Counted from the whole stretch's first letter, positions 26,064 through 41,000 are shown. The stretch is 62,608 nt of DNA, filler included, from Syncephalis fuscata S228 (GCA_025786725.1; 4 parts of 4 records of this genome joined end to end with filler, not necessarily neighbours in it), one strand, 5' to 3'. Notes: a model not told the origin generated them from the sequence alone. Made by a program: numbers and translations.

Positions 26064-28459
26064 GCTGGTTGAACAAAATGATAGAGTATCAAAGTTAAAT
26101 ACAGCCTGTGCTTTAACTTCAAATACCCAAAATGTATGCGAATAAAGGATTTAGCGGGGGGATAAAGTTGAACGATTGAAGCACAGCATCAAAATACAAG
26201 TATAATAATAATCGATGTAAAGCAGAGTGGATTTAATGTATTTTAGATCATTGATAAGGCCGCTCAAGCGGATGCTGAGTGGAATTCAAATGTGTAACAA
26301 ATCTGAGAATGGATTGAAAGTGTGGGCTTGTGTATATGCTGAAAGCGTGGACAAAAAGGCAAATAAGCGGAAAACTCAAGTTTTGGAGGGGAGGCATACC
26401 AACAAAGGTAGGTGTTAAATTTATAACAACTTGTTATTCTGCGGAAATACTCAAGGTAGTAGTACTGGCTCTTGTGAGACGAGCCTGTATAAACCGGAAT
26501 CAAACCAGCAAAAGAACAGTCGAGTCCAATGGCCTTTCATGTTTGGTGCAACTAACAAGGAGGTGAGGGAGAAACAATGCTGCAAATTGAAATTGGATAT
26601 CATACACGTGCTTGGATGCAAGTTGCTAACATGTTTCACTGTGATCACGTTTACCGAGCAATTACTACTATTTGCTATACTGTTAACCAATTCACCATAT
26701 GTCAAACTGGGCGTTCATGTAAAAACAGATGGGCCAGGTATTTGTCTTTGCTTGTGTAATGGTGTATTTGATCAAATGGGTGGCAGAATATGCAAAGCGT
26801 ATGAATAAATGGAGCGTAAACTATAAGCGATTATGGCGTGACTAAATAGTAATGCCATTTATGGTGCAAACCGTGTGTGAGGGGATAGGTCTCATGACAG
26901 TTATTAATGTTTGAATTTTTTATATTAATAGGTGTATCATGAGTAAATCCAATAGTTTTAGCGGTGCAATTACCGAATGTCTATGATACAGCTTGGCCAC
27001 AATGGTCGTGGTTTGAGCTGAAACATGTCCACTGGCAATACGACAATAGCTAAATTGAAATAGTATTAGCTGTAACTATTTTTCCTATTTTATAGTGCTT
27101 ACAATCTACCAGATGCGCTGTTATTTAGCTGCCCTATACTTTAATTATAGTAAGTAGAAATAGATTGATTGTATTTATTGTAATAATGATCAATAGGCCT
27201 AATAATTTGTTTCATAATAGCCTAACAAGAGTTCTAGAATTTCTATATTGTCAAGATATTGTTTGGTTTATTATTAGTAATAGGCCGAAAATAGAAACAT
27301 GTCAAACATCAAAGGATTGACAGTTGCATTAACAAAACAATAGCCTGTAGTTTATTGTATAGAGAAGTGTGTAACACGGCGTAAGTAGTTTTGTTTCACT
27401 TGTGACAGTGTCCCATTGGGTACATCAACAGTTATTTCCGCGTTTATCTTTCTCTGCGTGATCTTAACACATGTTTCACAATGCTTTATTGTAGTTATTT
27501 CTGCAATGGTAGAAAAAAGTAGGATAGCTACTAAGATAATGGTTGTAATTGCAATAAGCACACAATAATGACAATTATAGGCACAGTAAACACGTAGACT
27601 AAACATATAAATAATGAGCAAAGCGCTGCCAAACATACAAACTACATACGCAATAATATGGCAGCAATAATTAAGCGCTTTTATGCAGTACAGCTGATAT
27701 TACATAGAAAATAGTATAGTACAATCAGCATGATAGCAATTGTGCTAAAAAGTTTTAGCAGTTAAAGTATTTTTATAATCATGAAAGTTTAATTAAACTG
27801 TTATTAAAATATAAATTCTATTGTGTTGACATCTGTGGATAGAATAGTGACTATTGTTTAAAATATTATATACATTCAACAGATTAAATAGAGTTTATTA
27901 TATGTAATATTTACGCTTATCATGTAACTGGACAGCAGTCGATAGTAGCTATAGTGTATACATAATGTATATTTATTTTAATATAATTGTCAAGTTGTTA
28001 GTAGAAAAGTATACTTTTACTTTATATATATATTAATAATTGATTAAGATTCTGAGTATGGTATTTTGTAACAAACAATGGTTTAGATAACAAGAAATGA
28101 ATATGCCACACATAGCATTAATCTGTGCAAAATATTTACCGATAGCAACCCTCCGTTTATAAACCTTTGACATTTAGCATCTATAATATGCGTATTGTTA
28201 TTGACGCGTGCTGATATACACAATATATAGCAATTATAATAATATTTAGCCATTAAACAACTGTTTCAATCTAATAACTAGTATTATCAGTATATCTTTA
28301 TAGTATATACCAAATGTCTAGATTATTTATTGCGCATTTGCCAATACCTGCTTTATGTTTTGTGCATTTTTCAATCATCAAATTATTTGCTTCATGATGT
28401 ATTTTATACTGTTTTGTACAAATAAGTTTATGCACTTAAAAATAATTTATTAATAATAG

Positions 28460-30100
28460 ATTACATCAATATTTCAATTTTTAAAAAAATAATTGCTATT
28501 ACTAATGTAGTAAATAGCATTGGATAAACTGTTGTCGTTAATAGATCAAGTATTAACCTAATTATATTTAGTAGTCGTGTTATAATATGTGCTATTCTCG
28601 AGTGTTGTTTGTGCATCTGGATCGATATTTGATGACATGATCGCGCCAGTATGAAATGTATATCCATTATTTGTGCTTTGTACCGAGGTTGCAGCATTAT
28701 CTTTGTTGTCTACTTTAATTATCGCTCTATCTTTACGCTGATTATTCGACTTTGGACGTAGATTAATAACAAAAAGAAGCGCACCAATACGCAAAACATA
28801 CGATAGCTTACTAAGAACCACACAGCAACTTCGGCCTCAACTCCATAATCCCAACTGTTTCCAATCTCCAGCATATTTGAAGTAAATAACGCCAGGTATC
28901 CCAATAAAAATATTGCACATATCTGTGTCACCTAGCATGCCAATATAAATATCACCAGGTTTTCTATTGCTTTTTATTATTGCAGCTCTTTTAATACTTA
29001 CTAATAACAATGCATGCTTCGCATTACTGTTTGCTAATAGATTGTCTTGTTTTAGCCAAAATGTTATGCCTAAACACGGGTGGTTTAACATTATAGTATT
29101 TAGAAATAATGTTATAGTATTACCGTAATAAGTAACTGCAACGATGATGATAAGTTGAGTCGATATTATAGAATAATCAGCAACTGTTTGTAATGTGGCT
29201 TGTGTCGAAGATACTGGAACCAACTCACACTAACGTGTGCCACATGATAAATAATTGTTAGCACAAATGCAATAAAAATACTATATCGAAGTAGCAGTAA
29301 ATAGCGATTATTTTGCACACTGGTTGCAATTGAATGCCTATTCATCATCAGCATTATTAGCAAGTTTAGTAAAATTAGTGACAATTGTTTGTTTCGGTAT
29401 ATAACATACCATAACAATAATAATGTGTAAAAACCAACGGATATAAAAATTCCTTGAAAAATAATTATGCATTTATAAGCCAAACTGGTCAGTCTAAGTG
29501 TTAAACTTGATGCACATACTAATGTATAAACCGTTTGGTTAATGTTCTATTGCTGCTAATAGTAGAAATACTGTCTTACGTATTGAGCACACAGCGCAGA
29601 AACATATATCACAGTGTGATGCCTGGTAATAGCTTTTTTTGCTTTGATTAAACGGTACAAAATTACAAAACTGTATAGCATAATGCTTATCAATACCACC
29701 AGTGTGCAGTATATAAATGCTCGATAGCCGTCTGATAGGAAAACATTATTCCAAGGTCCTGGTTCTATAAATATGCCAGTTTACATACATATTAGCTAGT
29801 GCGCGAGACACAATGTCCAGTATCAAAGTAAACTACTTACCTTCATCGACTGTTACAAGGGTTGTTGTACTTGGTTGCTTGCTTGCATCTACAACAACCT
29901 GATAATTGTCATACGGTAATAGTGCAATGTTGACTGGTGAAGCGCCTTCGTAAAAACTGAATCCATGTGTCTTATAAAGCAAGGTGAGATATGCACCAAA
30001 ACCAGGGCCAGGCTTTTCATGAGATATGTATAGCGCTGTTTCGATTGAAAAGCCACTTGTATCATTTAAATACTGGCTAAGTTTAGAGACTGCAATTCCC
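28460..30100 (-). pseudogene. Degenerate multi-pass membrane protein gene (limits approximate)
   Basis: Overlapping hydrophobic ORF fragments in shifting frames with many stops. Confidence 0.4.
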
Positions 30101-30126
30101 GTCTAATTGTAATAATAATCAAACGA

Positions 30127-30226
30127 NNNNNNNNNNNNNNNNNNNNNNNNNNNNNNNNNNNNNNNNNNNNTTAATTAATTAANNNNNNNNNNNNNNNNNN
30201 NNNNNNNNNNNNNNNNNNNNNNNNNN
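30127..30226. other. Artificial gap/linker (N44-TTAATTAATTAA-N44)
   Basis: Same linker as at 14055. Confidence 0.95.
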
Positions 30227-31131
30227 TAGGTGACCAAGGAACGGGTGCTATAGCCAATGCACTTACTAAAAATCGCTCACTGCGCTATCTTCAGTTGGAA
30301 TTTAATAGCATTAGCGATGTTGGTGCTCAGATGCTTAGCAATGCATTACGTGTAAATAATACGCTACGTGGCCTACAATTGACATTTAATCTTGTTGGCG
30401 ATGAAGGCTGTAAAGCATTAGCCGATGCACTTGCTGCTAACGCTTCGCTCGAGCATTTCTCGCTTAGCAATAACCAATTAACAGATGTAGGCGCCGAGCA
30501 TTTGGCTGCTGCTTTAACGCGTAATCGCGCTTTGCAACATCTCTCGCTTGTTCAGAATCGTGGCATTAAACGAGATGGGCATTGCCATCTTGCTAACACT
30601 TTACATACGCGTAATACGACGCTCAAATCTATTCGTCTTGACTTTGAATTTTCCGAGTGGATTCCTGTCTACGAAATGGTACAAGCCAGTGTAGCGCGTA
30701 ATTTCTGGCAAGATCGATGCCGAAGAAAGGCAGCTATAGAGCTGTTAGTGCGTTCACGCATCATTCTATCGGCTCGTCCTATGAATAACGCTGGTTCACA
30801 CGGCAGAGTAATTAGCGATTTACCAAACGAAGTAAAAATGACTATATTAGGCTGGACAGTAAACAATTTATTAGAGCAGAGCGCAATTCGTCGTGTAATT
30901 GCATTGGCTGCAGCACCATTTGAGCAGCTGCATCGCCGTAATGTCAAACTGCGTCGGTTTTCCTCTATTGCCAGCCACATATCCGTTGATATTGATGATT
31001 GCAGTGCACTGCCTAGTAGTCGTGTATTAAAATCGCCTGTAATCGGTACAAGAAAAACAGTTATAAAGATACTGCCAATAGCATATCTACCACGCACTCT
31101 GATAGAATCCACTTTTTACAAGAATCCTTAG
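30227..31131 (+). CDS. RNI-like leucine-rich repeat protein, 5'-truncated by the gap
   Basis: 28-aa repeats of the form LxxLxLxxNxIxDxGAxxLAxAL (LQLEFNSISDVGAQMLSNAL, LSNNQLTDVGAEHLAAAL). Confidence 0.88.
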
Positions 31132-32237
31132 GCGTTTTATACAAATCTGATGCAGGTCATAGTGCCAGTGTTAACGGCAACTATTCAATTGTATTTGGCT
31201 TTTAGGTATTAGATGATTTGTTTATATGTTTTATATGTTTGTTGTTTTAATATACTGTTATTATTGCCATTTATTACATTGTTACCTTCTTGAACTTGTG
31301 GTAGAAGCTATGATACTGTTAATGGTATAATATTAAATGATAATAATAGTTTCAAATAGGCTACTTCATTGTAACAGTAGCAATAATAGAATTGTCGATA
31401 GCTGTTGTATGTCATTTAATTACTTGGATTGTATCACATTAAAATACTGCAACTTGTACATTTAATACAATTATAAGCACGCCATGCATTTTAACAACAA
31501 CTGCAATAGGTTATTTATGTTATTGACATTAAACAATACCAAACACTTCATTAGTTATTTAGTGTGATTTGAGGAAGAGGAAAGGATTAAATGACTAAAT
31601 TTAGTAATATTCGTGTAATTAAACTAAACTTTTCTTTTATTGAACATAGAATTAGATGGTGAATGACATTAAAGTTTAAATACTCAGTTTCTTCGTAACC
31701 AACTTTCTAAACTTTTTCACTATATTGTGATCTTCATGATTTAACAAAAATGTTGGGCAAAAGAATATGACTTAAGACCTTGATGACATAGCTAGCATCC
31801 CGCATAGTAATTATGTCGGATGGTTTTATGATATTTTTAGTAATTTTAGGATTAATGACACAGCTTGTGATACTATATTGCTCTATATATTTATTATTGA
31901 AACAATTGGAACAATATAGGGCCTTCTTATGTTACAGATACTTGTTGTAATTGATACGTAATAGCGTATTAATTACATATGATTTACCAGTATTGTGAAA
32001 CTATGTTACAAATACTGGGTATTTCTTCAACTTTTTTCACTATATATAAACAGATACATATCATAGTAATAAAAATAACACTATTCACATCTATAATATC
32101 GCTTTTTTTATTCATTCTACTTTGAAATAATTGTCAACAGCTTTGCTATACCTAACAGTACAGCTATTTTAGTTATTTTCAAGTGCATATCATTCTTATT
32201 CACAGTCGTAAATTTAGTAAAATAATTTATTAGCAAT

Positions 32238-33304
32238 ATGGAATATCTACAGAACACTACATCCAGCCAAGAACAAGCAGAAGCTTCATCTTTTGTATAT
32301 GAAGCGGGGCGTCGTTTTCATGGTGAAAAAAATGCACCTTATCCGTACGCTAACGACCAGACTGAATCAAATAGGTAAGCATTCGTGTATAAAACAAACA
32401 AGATAACATTTTATAAATATTTGTTATTTTATGATTATTTAGGTTAAACGGACAACACCATGTGCTTAAACATCTACTCAACGGCAACTACATGAGCAAG
32501 CTAAATAATCCACAAAAAACATTTGAAGTGGGCAGTGGCAGTGGTATATGGGCTACAGTAAGTGGTTGTGTTTATTACAGCATTCTAAAACAATTAACAA
32601 CTTACTAAATGGCATTTTATAGGAAACGGCAGAGGAGTTTTCCCAATCTGAAATAAGCTGTATTGATATGTCTCCCGCACCATCTCTTGCAAAACTTCCC
32701 AGTAATGTCAAGTTTGAAACTATGAATGCTCTCAAGGGTAGGCTTAATTATAATCAATAAGTGCAACAGTACATTAATCATTTAAATAATAATAGGTATT
32801 AAGTACGAGGACAATACATTCGACTACGTTTATATGCGGCTATTATGCTCATCAGTGCCAGAAGATTATTGGCCTGTACTTGTCAAAGATCTAGCACGTG
32901 TTTGCACCTCCGGTGGTGCCATTGAGCTTGTTGAAACCAACAGTCAATTAATAAATGCTGGGCCATTGGGCCAGGAAGTTACTACATGGATTGATACTGT
33001 GTGTCGTAGCCGTGGCGCTAATCTAAGTAAAGTATGGCAGATACCACAAATGATACAACAGGCTGGCTTACAACTAGAGACTGAGCACTACATCGAGTTT
33101 CCTCTCGGGGCATGGTGTGATCAAGTGGGCCATCAGGGCTGGTTTGTTTTGCTCAGTTTGGTCAACTGCATAAGTGCTAAAATTATGTCCACATGCAATG
33201 TTACAAAAGAAAGATTTGATTATGTTCTTGAAAACCTGCACGAAGAAAATGTCACTAATCGTGTTTATTGGAAATTTGGCATATTCGTTGGACGCAAGCC
33301 ATAA
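32238..33304 (+). CDS. Class I SAM-dependent methyltransferase (LaeA-like fungal family), copy 1, 4 exons
   Basis: GRRFHG..YPYANDQTESNRLNGQH, FEVGSGSGIW, FDYVYMR and GGAIELVE..FVGRKP. Confidence 0.9.
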
Positions 33305-34053
33305 GGATTAAATAGCGCCAGTATTAATTATAGCCATTTTATATCTAAATTCATTTTGTTAAACATGACAATAATATTGTTTTAAAATATTGTATTCAAA
33401 CCTATATTCAAATTGACTAATTATATCAATTGTTATTAGTTAATATTTAAATAATAATAATAATAGCAATATTTTATTTCTGTTGTTGACATTATACAAT
33501 ACCAAACACCATTGGTTATTTTAGTGTGATTTAATGATCAATTTACTACATTTAGTAATATCTACGTAGTTGAACTAGAATTCGCTCTTTTGAACATGAA
33601 ACTGGGTAGTGACGCCAGACATCAGAATTATTGTCATTGTCATTATTCTCTATGTACAATATATTTAGTTGCACTATTATTACTGCGTATTTATATCACT
33701 ATATGTCATTTATCTATATTGAATAAGTTATATTCAAAACTGAAGGACTCGGTCGTTTATATGATTAATAGCATATTTACATTTTTGTAGCCAACTTTTT
33801 AAACCTTTTTATATATTATAATTTCCATAAGTCAATATATGTGCTAAAAACGTATCTTAAGGTCTCGCTGCCTTTCTAGTATTACACATGATGACACTAT
33901 CTGGTTTAATGGTATTTATAGCAATTTTAAAATCGATGACGTATTTTGTAATACAGTATTGTTCTATATAACTACCCTTTCATTTAGTTCTTTTCAAATC
34001 CATATCATTTTTATTCACAGTCGTAAATCTAGTAGTATATCTTTGTTAGCAAT

Positions 34054-35117
34054 ATGGAATATCTACAGAACACTACATCCAGCCAAGAGCAAGCGGAAGC
34101 CGCTTCTTGCGTATATGAAGAAGGTCGTCGTTTTCATGGTGAACAAAACGCACCTTATCCAATGCCGAATGACTCAAGTGAAGTAGATAGGTAGGTATTG
34201 TATATAAAAAATACAGCATAACACCTAATAAATAGCCACTATTCCATGAATATTTAGACTAAATGCGCAACATCATGTAATTAAAAGGTTACTTAATGGC
34301 AACTACATGAGCAAGTTAAATAATCCACGAAGAATATTGGATGTAGGCAGTGGCACTGGTATATGGGCTAAGGTAAGTAGCTGTGATTATTACAACACTA
34401 GTATAATTAATAATTTACTAAATGACATTAAGTAGGAAATGGCAGAGGAATTTCCTCAATGTGAAATAAATTGCATTGATATATCTCCAGAACTGTCGAT
34501 GAACAACCTCCCCAGTAATGTCAAGTTTGAAACTATGAATGCTCTCGAGGGTAGGCTTATTAGCCACTGATACATGTAAAACTACTTTAATCATCCAGAT
34601 AATACTAGGTATCAAGTACGAAGCCAATAAATTCAGCTATGTTCATGTGCGGCTATTATGTATAGCAATACCAGAAGATTATTGGTTTTTATATATGAAG
34701 GATTTGACGCGTATTTGCTCCTCTGGCGGTAGCGTTGAGCTCTTTGAAACCAATGGTGAATTAATGAATGCTGGGCCATTAGGTCAAGAAGTTAACTTTT
34801 GGTTTGATACTATGAGCCGCAGGCGCGGCGTCAATCTGAATAAAGCCTGGCAGATACCACAAATGATGCAAGAAGCCGGCCTACAAATGGAAACTGAACA
34901 CTATATCAAGATTCCTATTGGAGAATGGTGCGATAAAGTGGGTCACCAGGGCTGGACTGATTATTACAATCTGATCCATTCACTGACTGCTAGAATAACG
35001 GCTACATGCGATGTTACAAAAGAAAGGCTCGATTATGTTCTCGAAAACCTGCACGAAGAGAATATCACTAATCGTGTTTACCGGAAAATGGGTATATTTG
35101 TCGGCCGCAAGCCATAA
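34054..35117 (+). CDS. Class I SAM-dependent methyltransferase (LaeA-like fungal family), copy 2, 4 exons
   Basis: GRRFHG..YPMPND..RLNAQH, ILDVGSGTGIW and FSYVHVR. Same intron positions as copy 1. Confidence 0.9.
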
Positions 35118-35468
35118 AGATTAAATAGCGCCAGTATTAATTCTAGTCATTTTTATACCTAAATTCACTTTGTTAAACATGATAATAATGTTGTTTTTAA
35201 ATATTGTATTCAAAACTATATTTAAACTGACTAATTATATCGATTATTATCAGTTAATATTTAAATAGTAATAGTAATATCAATATACTAATAGTTTTTC
35301 AATCCAATCCTTTGTATTTATAACTGATTGTAATTAATTATACAAGCAATTATCGTTATTATACTACATAGCTACTCATATTCACTTCGTAGTATCATCA
35401 AAATAGCTAAACTCATTTACTAAGTAGTAAATGCTAATATGCATATTGTATATTTATTATTTATAAAT

Positions 35469-36796
35469 CTATTTCTCTTGTCGTGGTCCAGACGCATCTT
35501 TGTACACGGCAGACAATGCATTTACAATATCTTCTAGTCGGCTGTTACCTCCTAATTCAGCGATTGAATCGCGTATTTGTTTTTCCAACTGCCGTATAAC
35601 TGTGACGGTATGACCGAATGAGTCTGTCTGTTCCATCAGTGTGAGCGCATATGATTTAACCTCCACTTCCACCGTGCGCTGACGTAGAATATGAATCAGT
35701 TGGGTATTTTTCGTATCGGCACGGATCGAATGGATAATCGGGAATGAAAACTTTCCTTCCGACAAATCCTCGCAAAATCCCTTAGCATCTGTGTACTATT
35801 ACGACAATGACGACAATGTAGATTAATGACGAGAAATTAGAAATGATCATCTAAATAACTTACACTATCTGACTTTAAATTAATGTAATCATCCCGTATT
35901 TGAAAATGTTCACCCAATAAATTAATCAATGGAACGCAATCACTAATACACAAATGAGACTTTATAATAACTAGTTAACCAGTCTTACTTACATATTGGT
36001 TGGTGATGCTTCTTGCATAAGCTTTACAGCCAAGCGGAGTAAACCACCAGTCTCTATCGATATTCATATATTAGTATTTATATATTAAATTGATCAAAGC
36101 AACAACATACTATTAGAAATAATTTCAAGATATTCTTCTATTGTTGGACAAGCAACCGTATCGCGGAAATGCAATTCCATACCCTGTCCACGATGAAGAT
36201 TAAGCAACTCCTCTAAAATAGCATCGTTAACTACTTAATATCCATGATATACCTCTGTAATCACCAATGAAAATATCAATCATACGCGGGTTGTTTAATT
36301 GACGTAAATCATCCAAAGCTCTGAAATATACAAAATTGGCCGTATTAATCACCATAGGCACACCATAGATCTTGTGGGCAACTAATCAATAACAGTATTA
36401 ATACCAAATAACCTATTAGTCTACTATCTCTTACCTGGCACACCACGCCGTAGAATAGAATTATCCTCAACATCATCGATACTAACCATTGTATTATCTA
36501 TTAGCAAGCAATAACATTAATATATCAATCAACTTACAGTAGACTTGACGTATGTAACATTTCTACTACTCGAGTAATAACGGTTAATTGAGCCTCCGGC
36601 ACATTGAGCCACTGATTAAACGCCTCAATCATTTTACTACGAATCTCTTTGCCCGGATTCTGCAACAAATAGTTGTATGGCTCAAGTAGTAACTGCAGTG
36701 CAGATACAGGTTAATATACGTTCATTGACATCACTCTATCCTTCACACCTTATCTACCATTTCGCGACGCTCTTCATTGTTAACAAAGTTGGTCAT
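35469..36796 (-). CDS. BTS1: Geranylgeranyl diphosphate synthase, multi-exon
   Basis: [21 protein letters not shown] (FARM), LHRGQG, KTGGLLRL, FQIRDDY (SARM) and [14 protein letters not shown]. Confidence 0.95.
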
Positions 36797-37106
36797 TGTA
36801 CAGGTTGTTGGTTTAATAGCACGCTAGAGAAATGAACGAGGAATGAATAGAGAGATGCTTGTATCAATGTACAAGGAGAACACGCAAAGCTTTTAAATTG
36901 CAAGTGTGCTTTTCCTTCAAAGCATGTGATAAACACGTGAGAATTTGTGGTCAAAATGGTAACGCATAGTTTAGTGCAGATGATTTGACTGAATAGAGTC
37001 CCCAAAGCAAAATTCGCTACAATTGATTTCAATTGTAACAAAATGGCCGTAGAATGACCGCTGTTACAATGCTGTTATGCATAACAAAACATAAGTATAG
37101 TGTTTT

Positions 37107-37295
37107 TATTTGATTTCATTGAAACATTTGAGGTCGATTGTTATTGTTGTTGGTCATGTGTAGAAGGATGGATCGAATATTAATAAAAGCCATACAATTG
37201 CGATTCTATGCCATTTTGCATTTGTTATTGCATCTGAATGATTGCTTCTATTTCTAATATTTCATTATTGCATTCTCGGCATATTTGCAATGTAA
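37107..37295 (+). repeat. Dispersed repeat copy A (diverged direct copy at about 51746-51959)
   Basis: The two copies share GAAACATTTGA..TGGYCATGTGTAGAA..AATATTAATAAAAGCCATA..GGCATATYTGCRATGTAA. Confidence 0.7.
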
Positions 37296-38046
37296 AATCA
37301 ATATTAATATAATTATTATAAAGTTGTTTATTAAACAATCACTTTTTCTATAACCAATTTGACTAAATAAAGAACAATATATATATTAAAGCAATAATAA
37401 AGACAACCAATTAATTACATTATTGTATTGATAATTACACATGAATTAATTAACGTTGGTTGTAATATTATACATGGAATAGTAATAAGTGAATAACGGA
37501 TGAATATTTAATTATATCTAAAAGTATCAAGAAAAAGGAAGTAAAATGTGTAAATAAAAAAGAAAATAATAAAAGGCGTTGGGCCCGTTTGTTTATTAAC
37601 TGGACGAGTTGACAGATCAAAGTGAAATAGTAATTACTGTAGCAAGGACATGGGACAATTGAGACTATAAGGGAGATGACGTCCAGTAAATCACCATTCT
37701 CTACTTTTTAAAATCTAATAGCTCAATAACATAATCGCTACCTATTAGTAAAATGACGCAATCCTAAATATAGTGACTGCGCATTGTGATAAACCAGCGA
37801 TTTTAATAAAATATTCTTTTTCCTCCCCTCCTATCCAGTGACAGAATTGATAAAGATCTGTTATAAACCTTTTTCTTTGCCAAGTCGCGTTTCGTCACGC
37901 ACGGCTTTTTCTCTTTTTGTTTCTCGTCTCATCCACCTTCGCACGCTGTCAACTTCTGTCACCTCACCTCATCCTCGCTCCTGTTAGTCTCTTTAATTTT
38001 GCTAGTATATTTGGTACTGTTGGCATCTTGCTATTAATTCTGCACA

Positions 38047-41000
38047 ATGTCTTCCAAAGTGCTTAAAAGACTTCTTGAAGAAGCGTCTCGTATCGTCCAA
38101 GGTAAGCTCATCCCGACAGCAATAGACACTTCTTCTCTCCGCCCCATACACACTCTATCTGCTCTGCGCCTATTTTGACATCTGCAAGACGTCAAAAAGA
38201 GAACTATGAGCCGTCTCGTGTCTCACGCCTCTACTTGTCATTGCTGTCAGGCTGGCGCATGAGTCTACATGGCTCTTGTCGCCCTTTATATCTCTTACTC
38301 GCTTTCTCTTTCTCGACGTCTTCGTTCTTACTCTAGCACTACCTGGCCTCACCGTTGCCTGTAACCTTGTTCCTTTCTTTATATTGCAGATCAAGATCAG
38401 CCAGTCTCAGCAGCACCTGAAGTGATGTCGGCCGTCTGGGTCAAACTTCTTCAAGGTTTACCGAGCAGTTCACGCTTTACGGAGCTGGGCATTGACCAAA
38501 TCCTAGTCGAAAGCAAGATTCCTAACCAAGAGCCCAATGTTGCCGGCCTTCGTAAAACACTTATCACCGATATTGCTTTCCAAGGCAAGCTCGATGGCGT
38601 AGCCTCGTCCGACCTAAAAGTCTACAACAACGACGAAGATGCTACCAACCAGAGAGAGCCTATTGAAGAAGATACTTCACTCTCAGATCTTATTGAGGCC
38701 GGGAAGGGCGGTAGGAAGAAGACTGCTTTGATCGTTGTAGCGCCACCCAAGCCTGGTAAGTAGTTTTGCTTTAAAGACCAGCAGTCAATACGGCTCCTTC
38801 CTCTGCCGTTTGCTTTTGCTTTACGTCTATGTAGTACTAATATTTAACTATTCTTTCCATTACTCCGATATATCCATGTGCCTGTCTCATCATGTGCCTC
38901 TACTTCGCTTCCTGGCCATCTTTCAGATCAATCGCGTCCTGGTAAGTGCACTTAGACCTTTTTTAAATACTCATTGTGTAACCTTATCTTGATTACTTAA
39001 CGTTATTTTTTATCACCTTTTTTGATCATGTAGCAACACCCATCCAGCAGACGTCTATTCCGAATGATCGCATCGAAAAGGAATTAGATGTCATTCTCCA
39101 AGGCGTCAACCATCATCCCACTTGTCCTATCAATTCAAATGATGTTGAAGCTTCGCAGAGAGATAGACTAGGACCCTTTTACAAAAGGACTTTACCATAT
39201 TACAAAGCAGCAACAAATATAAGTCTAGTGATGTTGGGACTTGAATTGGGCAAGCAAGCAATCGGCAGAAATTATGAAACTCTTTGTACAATTGTCAAGG
39301 AAGACATAGAATGTTGTGATCATCGCGTAGTGGCCATGGTTGCCCCGTCCGGTTCAGGAAAGACTGCAACAGTCATTGACCTTGCGAGCAAGCACTTTGT
39401 CATTTATTGTGTCTGTTGTGAACCAACTCCAACCAACTCTTCGAATTTTAAGGATTCAAACTTTATTACACTTGCAAATGATGTCGAGAATATATACCGG
39501 GCCATCATTAACAAAAATCAGGGAAATTTTCTCGGTCCGCTGGACATTGATGCTGAAGTGAAAGCACGAGTGAGAGAACGCGTCAAGCTCGAATTCCTTG
39601 CACGAATGCTTTTCCTTCAGTATCTCCTAAAAAACAATCGTGATTTAGAGCCGCAGCAGTTCTTCCGTGAGCAAATCACTAGAGGTGACTCGACTATTAG
39701 CGAGCTAGTTGACAAGCTACAGAAATATGACGACCGCACAATCCAAACCATGCTTCGTAAAGTTCAAGCCAAGCTTTGGTCTTTTTTATCTTCCAAAAAA
39801 CGTGGACTGGTGATTGCTTTGGATGAAGCTCAGGTTGCAGTGGCTCACATCTTATCCAATAAGCTCATCTCGCCGACAGCTTTGAGTAATAATAAAAATA
39901 CACTTTTTGACGATAAGAACCAGATACAATCCCAATACCGCCGCAGCTTTCTTACGCCTTTATCAGGTGCTTTGAGCGAGATAGAGGCAACGATAGTGAT
40001 ACTGGGCACAGCACTCTCATTGCAGGATGCCGAACAGGTGCACACAGCCATCGCCAAAGAACCCAATTTCTTAAAAATAACGGACTTTCCAAGTTTTGAT
40101 GAAGATGATGTGAGCAGGCTATACTCGGGTCTAATCGACATGTCAGGCTGTGAAATCCCGCTTGCCAAACGCCGCAAGCTAACAGGACGACCTCGATTTT
40201 CCATTAACGGCATCAACCGTCTCGCCAAGTCTTGCACTTTTCGAGGCTCTAAACAAGCTATTCTGGAGCACGCTATTGACGAGTCGATTGAGTATACAAT
40301 AAATGGTCTTCGGGCCAAGATACGCGCCATTCTTGCCAACGATCAAGCAGGTGGGATAGCTCGGCTTCTCTCTTGAATGGTATTGGCCTATCATCTTCAC
40401 AATGGCAAAATATCTTTCTTAAGCAATGACCAGTCCGACTTTGTGGATAAAGCTCTGTGCAGACTACGATCACATGATAATGACATTCACTTGGTCATGG
40501 ACGAGCCAATAGTTGTTGAGACAGTGCAGGAAGAGCTAAAGGCTTTAGGCAAAGATCCGGTGTTCTCTGAGTACATGGATCAATTTAACCAAATTATCAC
40601 CAACTTTGGCACCGCTTCAGCTTTAAAGGGAGATGCGTTGGAGCCACTTGTCCGCCGATCACTTCAACGCTTCAATGGCTACCGTCTTGTTGACCTTCCT
40701 TTCCTTCAAGGCGTCACATTGCCCGCTTGGTGCAGCAATTTCCAGCTCCAAATTGATGAGATTAAAACAGCCAATGGATTTGGATACACTGGCAATGGCG
40801 TTCGTGCAGATCTCGCCTTCCTCACCGAATGTCCTCCGAACAAGATGCTTATTGCCAATAATGGCACACGTCCGGATGGAGTCTGGTTTTTCTCTGACAA
40901 ACGTTACGCCGGCTCTCTTGCGATCAAGCTCTACAGCAACCGTCTGAAGCAGTCCACCCACGACTCTAACAAAACTTCCAGCAATATTCGGAGTTGTTTT

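Noticed and set aside
32238-36796. Terpenoid biosynthetic gene cluster (methyltransferases + GGPPS)
   Set aside because: There is no terpene cyclase, P450 or prenyltransferase nearby, and the GGPPS looks like the housekeeping BTS1.
40374-40376. Stop-codon readthrough or selenocysteine at the in-frame TGA of the CRN gene
   Set aside because: There is no supporting signal. A CGA>TGA mutation or a base error is simpler.
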